Shown here: positions 10,204-21,154 of the stretch, piece by piece
Numbering within the stretch: the first letter of the stretch is position 1
How the letters are laid out: each line of letters begins with the position of its first letter
Assembly: GCA_963803145.1 (NCBI GenBank)
Contig: CAWDLW010000011.1
Location: 20,861 to 84,860 of the forward strand
From: Methanotrichaceae archaeon
GTDB lineage: Archaea; Halobacteriota; Methanosarcinia; Methanotrichales; Methanotrichaceae
Length of the DNA: 64,000 nt
Reading direction: 5' to 3'
Position numbers and translations under genes: made by a program
The notes under the pieces: model-generated
What the model saw: only the letters and a program-made list of their open reading frames with translations
The model's database searches: none
What the model was told of the DNA's origin: nothing

Positions 10204-11364
10204 TTAACGAAAATCAGCGATTATCAGGCTAAGCTCATCGGCATGAGCGGCATTTTCCAGAACATCTCTTATCTCATCGCTGTTCTGGGGATCATGGATA
10301 TAGCTTACATGCTCCTCGTAGCCCTTGATTATATGCTCCAGTGATCCATCCGGAATCCTCTGGCCGCCTGTAGTCTCCGATCTTCCGTTATAAAGCACGA
10401 GAACCTTGATAGGTATATTTCTTTGTACGGCCTCCAGCAGCCCTATATGGCCGGCAGCGATGAAGGCAAAGTCGCCCGTGACCGCCCAGGCAGGACTGCA
10501 TCCGGCCAGATATGCGCCTATCGCCAGAGGAACGCTTCCACCCATGTACGTTGTCACATCGATGCAGTTGTAAGGAGGCAAAGCGAAAAGCGTAGACATT
10601 CCTGTGTCGCCAGTCACAATCGGGCCTCTCATGGATTTGAGTGCATCGAAAAGCTTGGCGTACTTCTCGGCAATCGGTCTCCATTTCTCAGGCAGCGATT
10701 CTGGAATCGGCGAGATAGAAGGCTTCGGGATGCTTGTCCAGTCGCCTCGCTGGTTTTTGCAGCGCAGAACTTGGCTCTGGTAATTGCAAAATGGTGGACA
10801 AAGAACATGCTGGGTTATGTCTCTGCTGTAAATGCGCTGACAAACGCTTGCCCTCCTCTGTTCTGGAACTTGTGAAGACCTACTCACATCACTTGCATCT
10901 ATGACTATTGCGTAGGGAAGATGGTATCTTTCAGAGATCTCAAAGCCTTCCAGAACATCTTCATATACGTTTTCCAAATCCGCAGATTTATGAGGGATGC
11001 CTATTCCCTTTACAAAGGCCAGAGTATCGAGAATACAGTCAGATTGTATCCCTTTGATATCATCTACTACAATTGCAACGAATCCTGCGTTCGTCCCAGA
11101 GTAAAGAGAATCGCTTACGCTGTTTCCTGCCTTGATGAATCCATGGGCCTTGAGGGCTGTGAATGCCCTTTTGCCCGCCAGGGCAGCGCCATGAGCAATT
11201 GTGTATGCTACCTCCTCATGGAATGATATAACCGGCCTCTGGCCTGAAGTGATGCAATAATCATAGTATACTTCTGTAGCTCCGAGGCCCGGCACATAGG
11301 TCGCGATATCAACGCCCATATCCTGCATCGCCAGACCGATTGCCTCTGAGACCTTCGCTCTCAT
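10204..11364 (-). CDS. TPP-dependent enzyme, IorA-like (indolepyruvate oxidoreductase alpha), short form
   Basis: YVPGLGATE, HEEVA, LKAHG and TPP motif GDFAF...N. Confidence 0.75.
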   Translation of the reverse strand: MRAKVSEAIGLAMQDMGVDIATYVPGLGATEVYYDYCITSGQRPVISFHEEVAYTIAHGAALAGKRAFTALKAHGFIKAGNSVSDSLYSGTNAGFVAIVVDDIKGIQSDCILDTLAFVKGIGIPHKSADLENVYEDVLEGFEISERYHLPYAIVIDASDVSRSSQVPEQRRASVCQRIYSRDITQHVLCPPFCNYQSQVLRCKNQRGDWTSIPKPSISPIPESLPEKWRPIAEKYAKLFDALKSMRGPIVTGDTGMSTLFALPPYNCIDVTTYMGGSVPLAIGAYLAGCSPAWAVTGDFAFIAAGHIGLLEAVQRNIPIKVLVLYNGRSETTGGQRIPDGSLEHIIKGYEEHVSYIHDPQNSDEIRDVLENAAHADELSLIIADFR

Positions 11365-11420
11365 ATTGCAAGCAGTTTCACGATCATTTTATAAACTTTT
11401 GCATTTTATCTTCGGAGATT

Positions 11421-12446
11421 TCAGAACTTGCGCAGATGTACAATCGTTCTGTAGCCCGCAAGCACAAGCCCATAGACTGCAGGACCAACGATAACACCTG
11501 ATGGCCCTATTATGAATATGGGTGCGGTAAAGGCCAGTATCGTAAGCAACGGATGAACTGATGCTCCAATCATCACCAGCCGCGGGCGAAGCAGATATTC
11601 TGGAAAGGCGACTAGGAAAATCTCGCCAAAAAAGAGCAGTTCAAATGCTCTTGTGTAGTCATGGATGATTAAATAGTAGATGGCCATTGGCACAAAGAGC
11701 GTTGCTGGCCCAAGCTCTGGAAGCAGAGCAAAGAAGCCAAGCACTATGCCCCATGTTATAGGAAAGGGTATCCCTATAAGAAAGAAGCCTATTATAGCTA
11801 TGATTGCGCTTACTACTGCTATAAGAAAATGGACACGAAAAAAAATGTTATAGATAATGTTTAACTCCTCGAGAAAATTATGAACGATTGTTTTTTGAGG
11901 TATAATTTCAAAAATTCTGTTAACTAGGCCTCTACCCTCGGTAAAAAGATAGTACGTGAAGATTACTAGCAGCACAAGTTGAGCAAGATATACAGGAATA
12001 TTGGGAACGAACCCAGAGATATTCTCCTTCAAAATTTCGGTGACTGAAGAGGCAATCGATGAAGGGGCGACGCCTAGAAGAGAGACCCATGGTGCTGGAA
12101 GGACTCTTTCCATAAACATCTCAATTGCCTGGGAAAGGCTCGATTCCCGGATATAGGTTGCACCTCCAGAGCTTATCTGGCCTGATACCTCGGCAAGCAA
12201 GCGGCTTACAACAAAGAGAACAAGATACAAAATTAGGGATGATGCCGAAAATATAGTGATCAACGATGAGATTTGCTTATTCCCGGTAAGGCGTAGAAGA
12301 TAAGCATAGATTGGATAAAGAAGATACGTCATAAAAATGCTAAAAAGAAATGTGGTCAGGAACACCTTCGTCAGGTATACGGCTGCAATTAGCGATATGA
12401 TAAAAAGGGCTACGGCAATCGTATAGAATCTAGCGCGAAGGTTCAT
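11421..12446 (-). CDS. AI-2E family transporter
   Basis: Multiple TM helices; YLLRPRL...VHPLL...GVIVGP. Confidence 0.85.
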   Translation of the reverse strand: MNLRARFYTIAVALFIISLIAAVYLTKVFLTTFLFSIFMTYLLYPIYAYLLRLTGNKQISSLITIFSASSLILYLVLFVVSRLLAEVSGQISSGGATYIRESSLSQAIEMFMERVLPAPWVSLLGVAPSSIASSVTEILKENISGFVPNIPVYLAQLVLLVIFTYYLFTEGRGLVNRIFEIIPQKTIVHNFLEELNIIYNIFFRVHFLIAVVSAIIAIIGFFLIGIPFPITWGIVLGFFALLPELGPATLFVPMAIYYLIIHDYTRAFELLFFGEIFLVAFPEYLLRPRLVMIGASVHPLLTILAFTAPIFIIGPSGVIVGPAVYGLVLAGYRTIVHLRKF

Positions 12447-12512
12447 AGATATTAATTGGCGCCAGTTCTGATATACTTTTTGTTTTAATTAATAAAGTAT
12501 CCAAGTGGTATA

Positions 12513-12974
12513 ATGAGAAGAAGTGATAGGGAGATCGTCGATCGGGCGGATATGGAATCGATAATCTTGAAGTCTCCGATCTGCAGATTGGCTATGTGCG
12601 AAGGCGGCATCCCTTATGTGGTTCCCCTTTGCTTCGGCTATGAAGAGGGAACTCTGTATTTCCATTCTGCATCTGTTGGCAGGAAGCTGGAGATGCTCAG
12701 GAGAAATAATAAAGTCTGCTTTGAGATGGATATAGACCAGGAGCTTATTAGGCCTCGTGATAGCAGCAGCAGTTGCAGTATGAGATATAGGAGCGTTATA
12801 GGATATGGAGAGGCCTCTTTTATCGATGATCCTGCCGAGAAGCGGAAGGCTCTGGATGTAATCATGCGCCATTATTCCCAGGCGCCGCTTGCATATCCTG
12901 AGGATATACTTGTTCGCACCACTATTTTCAAGGTTAGGGTTGAAAGCATGACCGGAAAGAAATCTGGGTATTAA
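12513..12974 (+). CDS. Pyridoxamine 5'-phosphate oxidase family (NimA-like) protein
   Basis: MRRSDRE, PYVVPL, YFHSA.GRK, YRSVIG. Confidence 0.88.
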   Translation: MRRSDREIVDRADMESIILKSPICRLAMCEGGIPYVVPLCFGYEEGTLYFHSASVGRKLEMLRRNNKVCFEMDIDQELIRPRDSSSSCSMRYRSVIGYGEASFIDDPAEKRKALDVIMRHYSQAPLAYPEDILVRTTIFKVRVESMTGKKSGY

Positions 12975-13238
12975 TTTATGTAAATTTGAACTGACTTCTA
13001 TAGATCCATTATAACCTTTGGCAACGACGAAAAGCGGCTTCCTGCGCAGTCTTCTAGTAGGCATCATGCCAGGCTTTATGGCCATTATCGCTCTGCCAGA
13101 TCACAATCTACCTAGCCTCAATTTTTTAATCCCCTGAGGATTCTGGCAACACTCCCTAATGCAAAAGTATAGCCATTTCTTACTGAGCAGCATCAGAAAC
13201 AACCTATATATTACCAAGACCTATAGGAAAGATCAGGA

Positions 13239-13988
13239 ATGAAGAAATTGGCCTTAGCTGGGTTAAATCTTGCCTGCATAATCCTGATTGTCTCTTGCGT
13301 CGGCCTCAGTGGGGCAAAGAGTGTCTCCTCGCCGTATGCATCTCTATATAATAACTCAAATATCAATGACTCAGGTATAGATTGGTTTCCACGAATAAAC
13401 ACAACAACCCTTGAGATCTCGAAAAATGTCGATTTCATCTCCGGCTTGAAGGGCTATCAGCAGACAACCGATTATACCTGCGGTCCGGCAGCCCTGCTCT
13501 CTCTGGCCAAGTTCTATGGAATGCCGGGCATCGAGGAGAATGCAGCGACAGAAATGCGGATCGCTAAAGAGGTGGGCAGTAGGGATCTGAACTCCTCCCA
13601 GCCTGGCACCAAGCCCCAGGAGATGGTGGCCTGGCTCGAGAAGAACGGCTTCAATGCGCGATTTGAGTTTGAGAATAAGGGCGATGGATCTGCACTACAG
13701 CGGTTGAGAGATAATATTCATCGCGGCATCCCAACCATTATCGAGTGGATCGATCTTGGCGGACATTGGGCAATAGCAGTCGGATATGATTATCGCAACG
13801 TAAGCGATCCTTGGGATGACGTTCTTATTCTGGCAGATCCTTACGATAGGTATGACGATTACCAGGACGGGTACTCTTTCGTGAATGCTAATCGCTTTTA
13901 CTGGATGTGGTTCGATGCTCTGTACTTCGGTAACGTTACTTGGAGAACCATGATTACTGCCACGCCGAAGGTGCCTTTCAGGCGATAA
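13239..13988 (+). CDS. Secreted C39-like cysteine peptidase
   Basis: QQTTDYTCGPA, GGHW...GYD, ADP. Confidence 0.8.
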   Translation: MKKLALAGLNLACIILIVSCVGLSGAKSVSSPYASLYNNSNINDSGIDWFPRINTTTLEISKNVDFISGLKGYQQTTDYTCGPAALLSLAKFYGMPGIEENAATEMRIAKEVGSRDLNSSQPGTKPQEMVAWLEKNGFNARFEFENKGDGSALQRLRDNIHRGIPTIIEWIDLGGHWAIAVGYDYRNVSDPWDDVLILADPYDRYDDYQDGYSFVNANRFYWMWFDALYFGNVTWRTMITATPKVPFRR

Positions 13989-14006
13989 CTAGTGATGTCG
14001 ATTATG

Positions 14007-14094
14007 TGTACTGTTGCATTGGAGGTGGTGACAGTTAAAACCCTTATCCTTTAACCACTACCTTTGCTGCGAAGCACCCTAGTGCAACAGTACA
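14007..14094. repeat. 88-bp palindromic element (possible MITE remnant or terminator)
   Basis: Perfect 12-bp inverted repeat TGTACTGTTGCA/TGCAACAGTACA plus inner pairing. No target duplication. Confidence 0.45.
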
Positions 14095-14384
14095 GCCTCT
14101 ATCTCTGCATAAAAGCTATAGATGCATACTGGATATTATCGCGACGTTAAAATCAGGGTTGCGAGCCTTATCTACCCATCCTAGAAATGTTCGCTAAGGA
14201 AGCAGTTAAAGAATGCAACAGATGAGAATTATAACTATAAATAAGGCCCGATCCTCGATTTCGGAAAACTTTTTCGCCGATCCTGTAACAATCGTTATCG
14301 GCTGTTCAAATAGTTTCTTGGATAAACTTAAGTATCATCATTCTAAGGAGGTATATCGCATGAAATTCGAGTTACACTTAGTCC

Positions 14385-16001
14385 ATGGAGCTTGATAGTT
14401 TGGCACCTTTTATAGAGATTAGGGATCTAAAAGTTCGATTTGGTGATGTTGAAGTCCTGCGCAACATCAATTTAGTCATCGAGGAGGGAGAATCTGTAGG
14501 CATTTTAGGCAGAAGCGGCTCAGGCAAAAGCGTTTTGATGCACGTTCTGCGTGGAGTTGAGTCCTTCCCTGGCATCAGCGGGAGCGTGATATATCATGTG
14601 GCCAGATGCAAGAAGTGCAGACAGGTCGAGCCTCCCAGCCAGGCTGGCCAAAAGTGCAGGTGCGGAGGAATACTTGAGCCTGTTGATGTCGATATTGTAG
14701 CCCTTGATGTAAATGATCCATTGCGGCGAGATGTCGCCCGAAGGATCGCAATAATGCTGCAGAGAACATTTGCTCTCTATGGCGATGAGCGTGTGATAAT
14801 CAACGTTATGAGGGCTGTCGAGGAGTCGGGCGGCACTATAAGCGTTAATCGTGCGGCCGATCTATTGGATGAAGTGAACATGTCCCATAGAATGATGCAC
14901 GTTGCACGTGAGCTTTCAGGCGGCGAGAAACAGCGCGTCGTTCTGGCAAGACAGCTCGCAAAATCGCCCATGATCCTCCTTGCAGACGAGCCCACAGGAA
15001 CTCTTGATCCATCGACTGCAAAGGTGGTTCACGATTCCATCAGGCACGCAGTCAAGGATTTCAATATGACGCTGATCATCACCAGCCACTGGGAGGATGT
15101 GATGATCGATCTTGCTGACAGAGCAATCTTTCTAGATCAGGGAGAAATCAAGGCTGTCGGAGCGCCGAAGGATGTAGCAGCTCAATTCCTTTCAATGGCG
15201 GGCGAGCTTGGACTGCGCAAGGCTGTTGAGGTAGGAGAGCCCATAATCACGGTCAAAAATGTCTCCAAACGTTACATCAGCATAGATCGTGGCGTCGTCA
15301 AGGCTGTGGATAACGTAAGCTTCGATGTTTATGAAGGCGAGATATTTGGCCTTGTGGGCGTCAGCGGCGGCGGCAAAACCACACTATCTAGGCTCATAAG
15401 CGGGCTAGTCGCACCGACCACCGGAAACATATCCGTTAGAGTCGGAGATGATTGGGTAGATATGACGGTTCTCGGTTCTGGTGGCAGAGGAAGGGCCACA
15501 AAATATATCGGAGTGCTTCACCAGGAGTATACGCTTTATCCCTCCAGATCTGTTATCGAAAATCTGACAGAGTCAATAGGCTTATCGCTTCCATTCGAGC
15601 TTGCGGAAAGAAAGGCAATTCATACACTCACTACAGTTGGCTTTACAGAAGAACAGGCTGAGGTAGTGCTGGCCAAAATGCCTGATGAGCTGAGTGAAGG
15701 CGAGCGTCACAGGGTTGCCATGGCTCAGGTGCTGATAAAAGAGCCCAGCATAATTATTCTGGATGAGCCGACTGGAACCATGGATGCCATAACCAAGGTC
15801 GAGGTAACGAAATCTATCCTCAGCGCTCGCGAAGAGCTGGGTGAGACATTTGTCATAGTCAGCCATGATATGGACTTCGTGAAAAACGTATGCGATAGGG
15901 CTATGCTCATACGGAATGGGAAGACCGTATTCACTGGCAATCCTGATGAAGTCCTGGCCAAGATTACTGAAGAGGAAGAGAAGGAGCTGCTGGGGAGTTG
16001 A
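14385..16001 (+). CDS. atwA: Methyl-coenzyme M reductase system component A2
   Basis: Two ABC ATPase domains, a zinc motif, RRIAIMLQRTFALY, and position at the head of the mmp cluster. Confidence 0.95.
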   Translation: MELDSLAPFIEIRDLKVRFGDVEVLRNINLVIEEGESVGILGRSGSGKSVLMHVLRGVESFPGISGSVIYHVARCKKCRQVEPPSQAGQKCRCGGILEPVDVDIVALDVNDPLRRDVARRIAIMLQRTFALYGDERVIINVMRAVEESGGTISVNRAADLLDEVNMSHRMMHVARELSGGEKQRVVLARQLAKSPMILLADEPTGTLDPSTAKVVHDSIRHAVKDFNMTLIITSHWEDVMIDLADRAIFLDQGEIKAVGAPKDVAAQFLSMAGELGLRKAVEVGEPIITVKNVSKRYISIDRGVVKAVDNVSFDVYEGEIFGLVGVSGGGKTTLSRLISGLVAPTTGNISVRVGDDWVDMTVLGSGGRGRATKYIGVLHQEYTLYPSRSVIENLTESIGLSLPFELAERKAIHTLTTVGFTEEQAEVVLAKMPDELSEGERHRVAMAQVLIKEPSIIILDEPTGTMDAITKVEVTKSILSAREELGETFVIVSHDMDFVKNVCDRAMLIRNGKTVFTGNPDEVLAKITEEEEKELLGS

Positions 16002-16002
16002 A

Positions 16003-17535
16003 TTGAAGGTTTTTGTTGACGGAAAGGAGATCGATCTTGCCCGGGATGCTAGCCTAGGCGATGCACTGAGTAAGGCCGGCGCCCGGACTGCCGAAGGCTC
16101 AATAGTTGGGATCATTCGGGGCCGAGGTGAAAAGGCGCGTCAGACCAACTCTTACTGGCTAAATACCACAAAGGGCAAGCTTAGGATAGAGCTCTTGGAT
16201 ACTGAGCTCACGAAGATCTGGCATGATAATCTGGACAAGATACAGGGCCTGGAGGTAAGATGGGCATCTCAGGATGGCATGTCCTTCGGCCCATTTGCGA
16301 CAAAGCTTGCCTGGACTAGAGAGGCTTATGAGTATAACCGCTGGGAAATCGTTCTTGGAGCAGCTGGATTCGAGGCAGAAAGAACACAGCTTATATTCGT
16401 TAGAAGAAGGCATACAGCGGCTTATGGAGCCCCCGTCAAAGGCGGAGTCTTTGCTCACGTAGTCGGCGGCAAGAACACCCTTGATAGACTGGGGTCAGGA
16501 GACAAGATACTTGGCATAGAGCCGATAGTCGAGTGGGAGGATCTAACGGAAAAGCTTGCCACACAGGATTTGAACGTTTCTCTGACAGACGGCATGGAGA
16601 TAATTACGCATCTCGATATTGAGCTTATAGAGGATGCCCCATTAGGCTCAGAATTCTTCCTTGCCCTGACCAGAGATGGTACCTTCAAAGTCGATTCTGT
16701 TTCAAGCTCCTATATCTCCTCAGATGATCTTTTGGGCGAACCCATAAGCTATGAGCACAGGGAGCCGCGGCTTGAAGGTATTGTAACTATACGCACCAGC
16801 GGCCGGGGCCACGGCAGAATCTTTCTGTATAAAGCAGATAGGACCTCAAACCCAGGCCATTCTGTTGTAGCACGCGTTACTGCGGGCATGGATATGGTAA
16901 AGCTCGCACGCGCTGGGGATCTTCTTACTGCACATGTTAAGCCTGAAAGAATCATGCTGATGGGGGAGAGGCTAAACCAAGCTTTAGAGCCCCTAAAGAA
17001 GCAAGGCATCGAGGCAGAAATAAACGGATATTCGGGCGAAGATGCAGTCATTATAAAACAAAATCCCGGTACAACGATGGAGGTAATCAGGGATAAACGG
17101 GTCGAATTAACGACAATGCCTGCTAACCGCTTAGTTGCTATAGAGCTTTATTATGATAAAGCCCCGAAGACCCTGGATTACTTCAGGCATATCACAGGTT
17201 TGAAAGAGCGACCTGTGGGACCATTACCCGTCTACTTTGTCTATGAAAACACTTTGCTCTTCAAGCCGGAGATTGATGCAGTCAGCTATAAGGAGTTGCT
17301 TCCTGAAAATAAGCCTACAGGTCCGGTTCCGGCCGGCTCAATAGCGGTATCCAATCAGGTAGCTAAAAAAATAGGGCTGGTGGGAACTCGGCTTGTAGAA
17401 GATAAGCGTTATGGGCCTTCTGGAGAAAAGTTTGAGGCAACGAATATCATAGGCAGAGTCCTCGAGCCTGATAAATTGAAAGATGTTAAGGAGGGAGAGA
17501 CAGTTTATGTCCTGGAGGTGCGAAAATTAAGGTAA
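16003..17535 (+). CDS. mmp3: Methanogenesis marker protein 3
   Basis: TTKG, FGPF, RYGPSGEKFEATNIIG and gene order. Start placed at TTG 16003. Confidence 0.9.
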   Translation: MKVFVDGKEIDLARDASLGDALSKAGARTAEGSIVGIIRGRGEKARQTNSYWLNTTKGKLRIELLDTELTKIWHDNLDKIQGLEVRWASQDGMSFGPFATKLAWTREAYEYNRWEIVLGAAGFEAERTQLIFVRRRHTAAYGAPVKGGVFAHVVGGKNTLDRLGSGDKILGIEPIVEWEDLTEKLATQDLNVSLTDGMEIITHLDIELIEDAPLGSEFFLALTRDGTFKVDSVSSSYISSDDLLGEPISYEHREPRLEGIVTIRTSGRGHGRIFLYKADRTSNPGHSVVARVTAGMDMVKLARAGDLLTAHVKPERIMLMGERLNQALEPLKKQGIEAEINGYSGEDAVIIKQNPGTTMEVIRDKRVELTTMPANRLVAIELYYDKAPKTLDYFRHITGLKERPVGPLPVYFVYENTLLFKPEIDAVSYKELLPENKPTGPVPAGSIAVSNQVAKKIGLVGTRLVEDKRYGPSGEKFEATNIIGRVLEPDKLKDVKEGETVYVLEVRKLR

Positions 17536-17945
17536 CGAAGTATGTAATAACCTCCCCCGAATCTGATGTCCTCCCGGCAGATATCGCTATGAAAATCTAC
17601 GGCTCAAAGCATGATGTGAATGTTAAAGAAACCTGCTTTGGAGTCATCATCAATGGCGAAGAAGATGTGATTGGCGAGGTTATCAAGGAGCTCAGGGCTT
17701 TGGACCCTGTTGGAATATTTATTAAGGACAGAGGATTCCCCCCCGGAGACCGCAGGCGCTGCCGCGGCATTCGTGGCGGAGGACCCAGGCCCGGGTTTTA
17801 CATGCTTGAATCTGAGTCCAAGATGCTTCCTATGATATCCAAGGCTCTGGCTTCTGAGGGGAAGGTACCTATGACGGGAGAGGCTCAGAGGAAGAAACCT
17901 CTTCCACCTAAGAGGCTTGAAGAGATTGTAAAAGAGGAGTTATAA
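17526..17945 (+). CDS. mmp6: Methanogenesis marker protein 6 (probable ATT start; first ATG is 17589)
   Basis: KETCFG, IFIKDRGFPPGDRRRCR, GGPRPGF. Confidence 0.88.
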   Translation: MKVTKYVITSPESDVLPADIAMKIYGSKHDVNVKETCFGVIINGEEDVIGEVIKELRALDPVGIFIKDRGFPPGDRRRCRGIRGGGPRPGFYMLESESKMLPMISKALASEGKVPMTGEAQRKKPLPPKRLEEIVKEEL

Positions 17946-17973
17946 TTATTTTGAATTTATTCAGAGGTATTTC

Positions 17974-18411
17974 ATGGCTAAAGTCATAGTATATCCTCCA
18001 ACCAGCATGATACTTGCAGATCTCGTGGAGAGGATGGGCCATAAGGCGCTTGTTGTGCCAGAAAAGGTCAGGGAATTGGTGACTGCCGGGAAGGTCGAGT
18101 CGCCACCCCTGAACATCACTCCTGAAGAGCCCAAGAAAGGGCTACGCTATGCTGCTGTAGATGTTCCATCCGGTGTACGTGGGCGAATGGCTCTCATCGG
18201 GCCTATGATCGAGGAGGCTCAGGCTGCGATAATCGTCGAAGACCCCGGCTGGCTTACAGGCTGCGCAGGATGCTCCCGTACAAATGAGCTTGTACGGCTG
18301 CTGATAAAAACTAAGGGCATACCAATTCTTGAGCTGAGCTATCCAAAGGATGATGCGGAGGCCAGGGTGTTTGTGCATAAGATCAAGGAGTTTCTGGAGG
18401 GGTTGAAGTGA
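17974..18411 (+). CDS. mmp5: Methanogenesis marker protein 5
   Basis: [33 protein letters not shown]. Confidence 0.92.
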   Translation: MAKVIVYPPTSMILADLVERMGHKALVVPEKVRELVTAGKVESPPLNITPEEPKKGLRYAAVDVPSGVRGRMALIGPMIEEAQAAIIVEDPGWLTGCAGCSRTNELVRLLIKTKGIPILELSYPKDDAEARVFVHKIKEFLEGLK

Positions 18412-19634
18412 TCCGCATCGCGGAGCTTGCCTGCGGCCCCGAATATAGCGGCATACAAAAGGAGATAGAGCGTGCGGCCGTTACTGTCGGAGCTAAAATA
18501 ATCTATCCCGAGGTCTCTTTAGAGGATATCCTTGATGTCGAGAAGAAGTTCGGAGTAAAGGTCGCCTCAGGAGATCTAAACCTCGCTATAGCTAGAGCTG
18601 TTCGGATCGTAGAGAATCCTGATTTGGCTGACGCCGTAATAGTCATGACCTGCTTCCGTTGTGCCGAAGCAGCCATCATCAGATCCGAGATACGGAAGTT
18701 CATACATGAGCGGTCGAAGATTCCCGTTCTGAGCTATTCCTTCACCGAGAGGACTACCGCTGAGACGCTTCTCACAAGGATGGAGGCTCTTGTCACAACT
18801 GTGAAATACCGAAGCCTTCTCGCACGAGAGAGCCAGAAGGGCTTAACTGCTGGAATCGATTCTGGATCTACAACCACCAAATCCGTTGTAATGAGGGATA
18901 ACCAGGTTATAGGCACAGGCTGGGTTCCCACGACAGAGGTGCTAAAGAGCGCTGAGGATGCCTATAACGCTGCCCTCAATGAGGCAGGCATCAAGAGAGA
19001 GGATGTGCAGGCCATTGGAGTAACGGGCTATGGACGTTTCCTCGTCGGCAAACACTTCAATGCGAGGCTAATTCAGGAGGAGATCACAGTCAACTCGAAG
19101 GGTGCCGTTTTCCTGGCTGATACCCAGAAAGGTCCATCAACTGTCATAGATATCGGCGGAATGGATAACAAGGCAATCTCTGTTCAGGATGGAATACCTG
19201 GGGGATTCACTATGGGCGGAATCTGCGCCGGGGCCTCAGGAAGATTCCTTGAGCTGACGGCCCGCAGATTAGGCGTAGATATAACAGAGCTTGGAAAGCT
19301 TGCCTTAAAGGGCAATTATGAGAACGTTGTCATGAACAGCTACTGTATAGTCTTCGGCACTCAAAGCCTTGTTAACAGCCTATCCATGGGCTGCAAGCCT
19401 GAGGATGTGGCCATGGCTGCCTGCCATAGCGTGGCAGAGCAGGTTTATGAGCAGCAGCTCCAAGAAGTCGAGGTCAAAGAGCCAGTAATAATGGTGGGCG
19501 GAACTTCCTTAATAGAGGGACTGCCAAAGGCCATGGAGCAGCTTCTCGGCATCAAGGTAATAGTGCCAAAGTATGCCCAGTATATTGGAGCTGTAGGCGC
19601 CGCACTCCTCGTCTCAGGGCTGCTGGAGGGCTGA
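18408..19634 (+). CDS. mmp15: Methanogenesis marker protein 15 (BadF/BcrA-type ATPase)
   Basis: [39 protein letters not shown]. Confidence 0.92.
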   Translation: MIRIAELACGPEYSGIQKEIERAAVTVGAKIIYPEVSLEDILDVEKKFGVKVASGDLNLAIARAVRIVENPDLADAVIVMTCFRCAEAAIIRSEIRKFIHERSKIPVLSYSFTERTTAETLLTRMEALVTTVKYRSLLARESQKGLTAGIDSGSTTTKSVVMRDNQVIGTGWVPTTEVLKSAEDAYNAALNEAGIKREDVQAIGVTGYGRFLVGKHFNARLIQEEITVNSKGAVFLADTQKGPSTVIDIGGMDNKAISVQDGIPGGFTMGGICAGASGRFLELTARRLGVDITELGKLALKGNYENVVMNSYCIVFGTQSLVNSLSMGCKPEDVAMAACHSVAEQVYEQQLQEVEVKEPVIMVGGTSLIEGLPKAMEQLLGIKVIVPKYAQYIGAVGAALLVSGLLEG

Positions 19635-19635
19635 G

Positions 19636-20217
19636 ATGGCTGAGATGGAGCCGATGGAGGTCTTCAAAGTCGAAGTAAATGGCGATGAGGAGTTCGGGAA
19701 GAGGAAGTACAGAGAGCTGATCATGGATATCCTCCAGGATCTGGGAATCATCAGGTCGATCGGCCGACTTTATGTTTACATTGATATAAAACGTCCTGCG
19801 TTTGCTGTTTACGGCATCCTTCGAGGCGGTATACCACCTCTCCGCATCATAGACGTGGGAGATGTTGTGAAGTATGGGGCAGGTTATCAAATAAAAGTCA
19901 ATGATGAGGAGCATATGGCAGATTTACTCAAGGCCCTCTGGGCGAACTATGGCAGAGAGCGCGTTGATCAACCTGCCAGGGATACGGTGATCATAGCCTC
20001 GGATACTTCGCCCTCCGATCTTGTTGTTGCAGATGTTGAGTCCGAGTTTCGTCAGGATCTGACTGATGCGCTCATCAGGGTGGCTCCTGAAGGCTTCCGC
20101 AACAGAAGGAATGAGATGGGTGATAGGAACTTCTTCTTTATAGCTGCCGAGGAAACTCTGACGCCTGAGCTGATTTCTGATATAAAAGAGAAGATCAGGA
20201 GCATGGAGAATGCTTGA
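19636..20217 (+). CDS. mmp17: Methanogenesis marker protein 17
   Basis: YGRERVDQP, PEGFR and gene order. Confidence 0.88.
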   Translation: MAEMEPMEVFKVEVNGDEEFGKRKYRELIMDILQDLGIIRSIGRLYVYIDIKRPAFAVYGILRGGIPPLRIIDVGDVVKYGAGYQIKVNDEEHMADLLKALWANYGRERVDQPARDTVIIASDTSPSDLVVADVESEFRQDLTDALIRVAPEGFRNRRNEMGDRNFFFIAAEETLTPELISDIKEKIRSMENA

Positions 20218-21133
20218 GCCTGTAATGTTCACCGGGGGGGTGTACAAACACGACCTGGTCATGGAACTGGTCGATGATTTAGGGGGCTACATTCTTCAGA
20301 AAAATGTAGCACAAAGCGAGGTGATACTGCTATTACTGGTTCCCTCTGAGGACATGCAGACTCTGGAGGCTTTATCAAAGGAGCTAAGAGGAGAGCTTGT
20401 TAGGGCACCTCTTGCGGGAACTGAAGTGGCAGTCGTTACGCCAACGCTTGCCATTCATCATTTGCCTCATACTGCATGCGATATTGCCGAATACCTGCGC
20501 AGGAATGGCGCCAAATCGAATATGATCGGCCTAGCCCGCGGAGTCGGCCGCGAGATCGCCCAGATAAACGAGTACGAGGCGGCTCTAATAAATGAGCACG
20601 ATGCGGCAGTCTTCATATTCGGAAACTTCGCCGAATGCATCCGAAAAAAGGAAAATCTCTACAGAAATATCAGCGTGCCTGTCGTTGTCACAGGCGGTCC
20701 AGAGATCCCTAAGGAGGATATGCCATATGCCTTCGAGTACGTGCCATCTGTTGGAAGGATAGCCCATAGGGCCAGGAAGGCGACGGAAATAGGCACACTT
20801 GACCTGATCATAGATGCAGCCGGACACGCTTTGGATAAGACAAGAGCTGATATCGCCAAGGATCCTTTGACCACATCGCCTCCACGTGTCATGAATGCCG
20901 TACGGGAGCAGGTTCCTGAGGTGGAGTACTCATTCTCGCCACTGCCTATTGCGCTCAATCTTACGGGCGTAAGGGTAAAGCTGCCATTTGGAGAATACGT
21001 GGATCGCGTAAAGGCTGTCAGGTTCGATGAAGGCTTGACATTGGGCGAGATCGCTACGATAAAACCCTCCCGGATGAAAAGCTATATACTCGTGAGAATA
21101 TTGCCTGCATCCGAGACTGGCTTTGTGTTTTAA
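20210..21133 (+). CDS. mmp7: Methanogenesis marker protein 7
   Basis: GGVYKH, HHLPHTACDIAEYLRR, MIGLARG. Confidence 0.92.
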   Translation: MLEPVMFTGGVYKHDLVMELVDDLGGYILQKNVAQSEVILLLLVPSEDMQTLEALSKELRGELVRAPLAGTEVAVVTPTLAIHHLPHTACDIAEYLRRNGAKSNMIGLARGVGREIAQINEYEAALINEHDAAVFIFGNFAECIRKKENLYRNISVPVVVTGGPEIPKEDMPYAFEYVPSVGRIAHRARKATEIGTLDLIIDAAGHALDKTRADIAKDPLTTSPPRVMNAVREQVPEVEYSFSPLPIALNLTGVRVKLPFGEYVDRVKAVRFDEGLTLGEIATIKPSRMKSYILVRILPASETGFVF

Positions 21134-21154
21134 AAGGCCACAATAGGTGAGACA

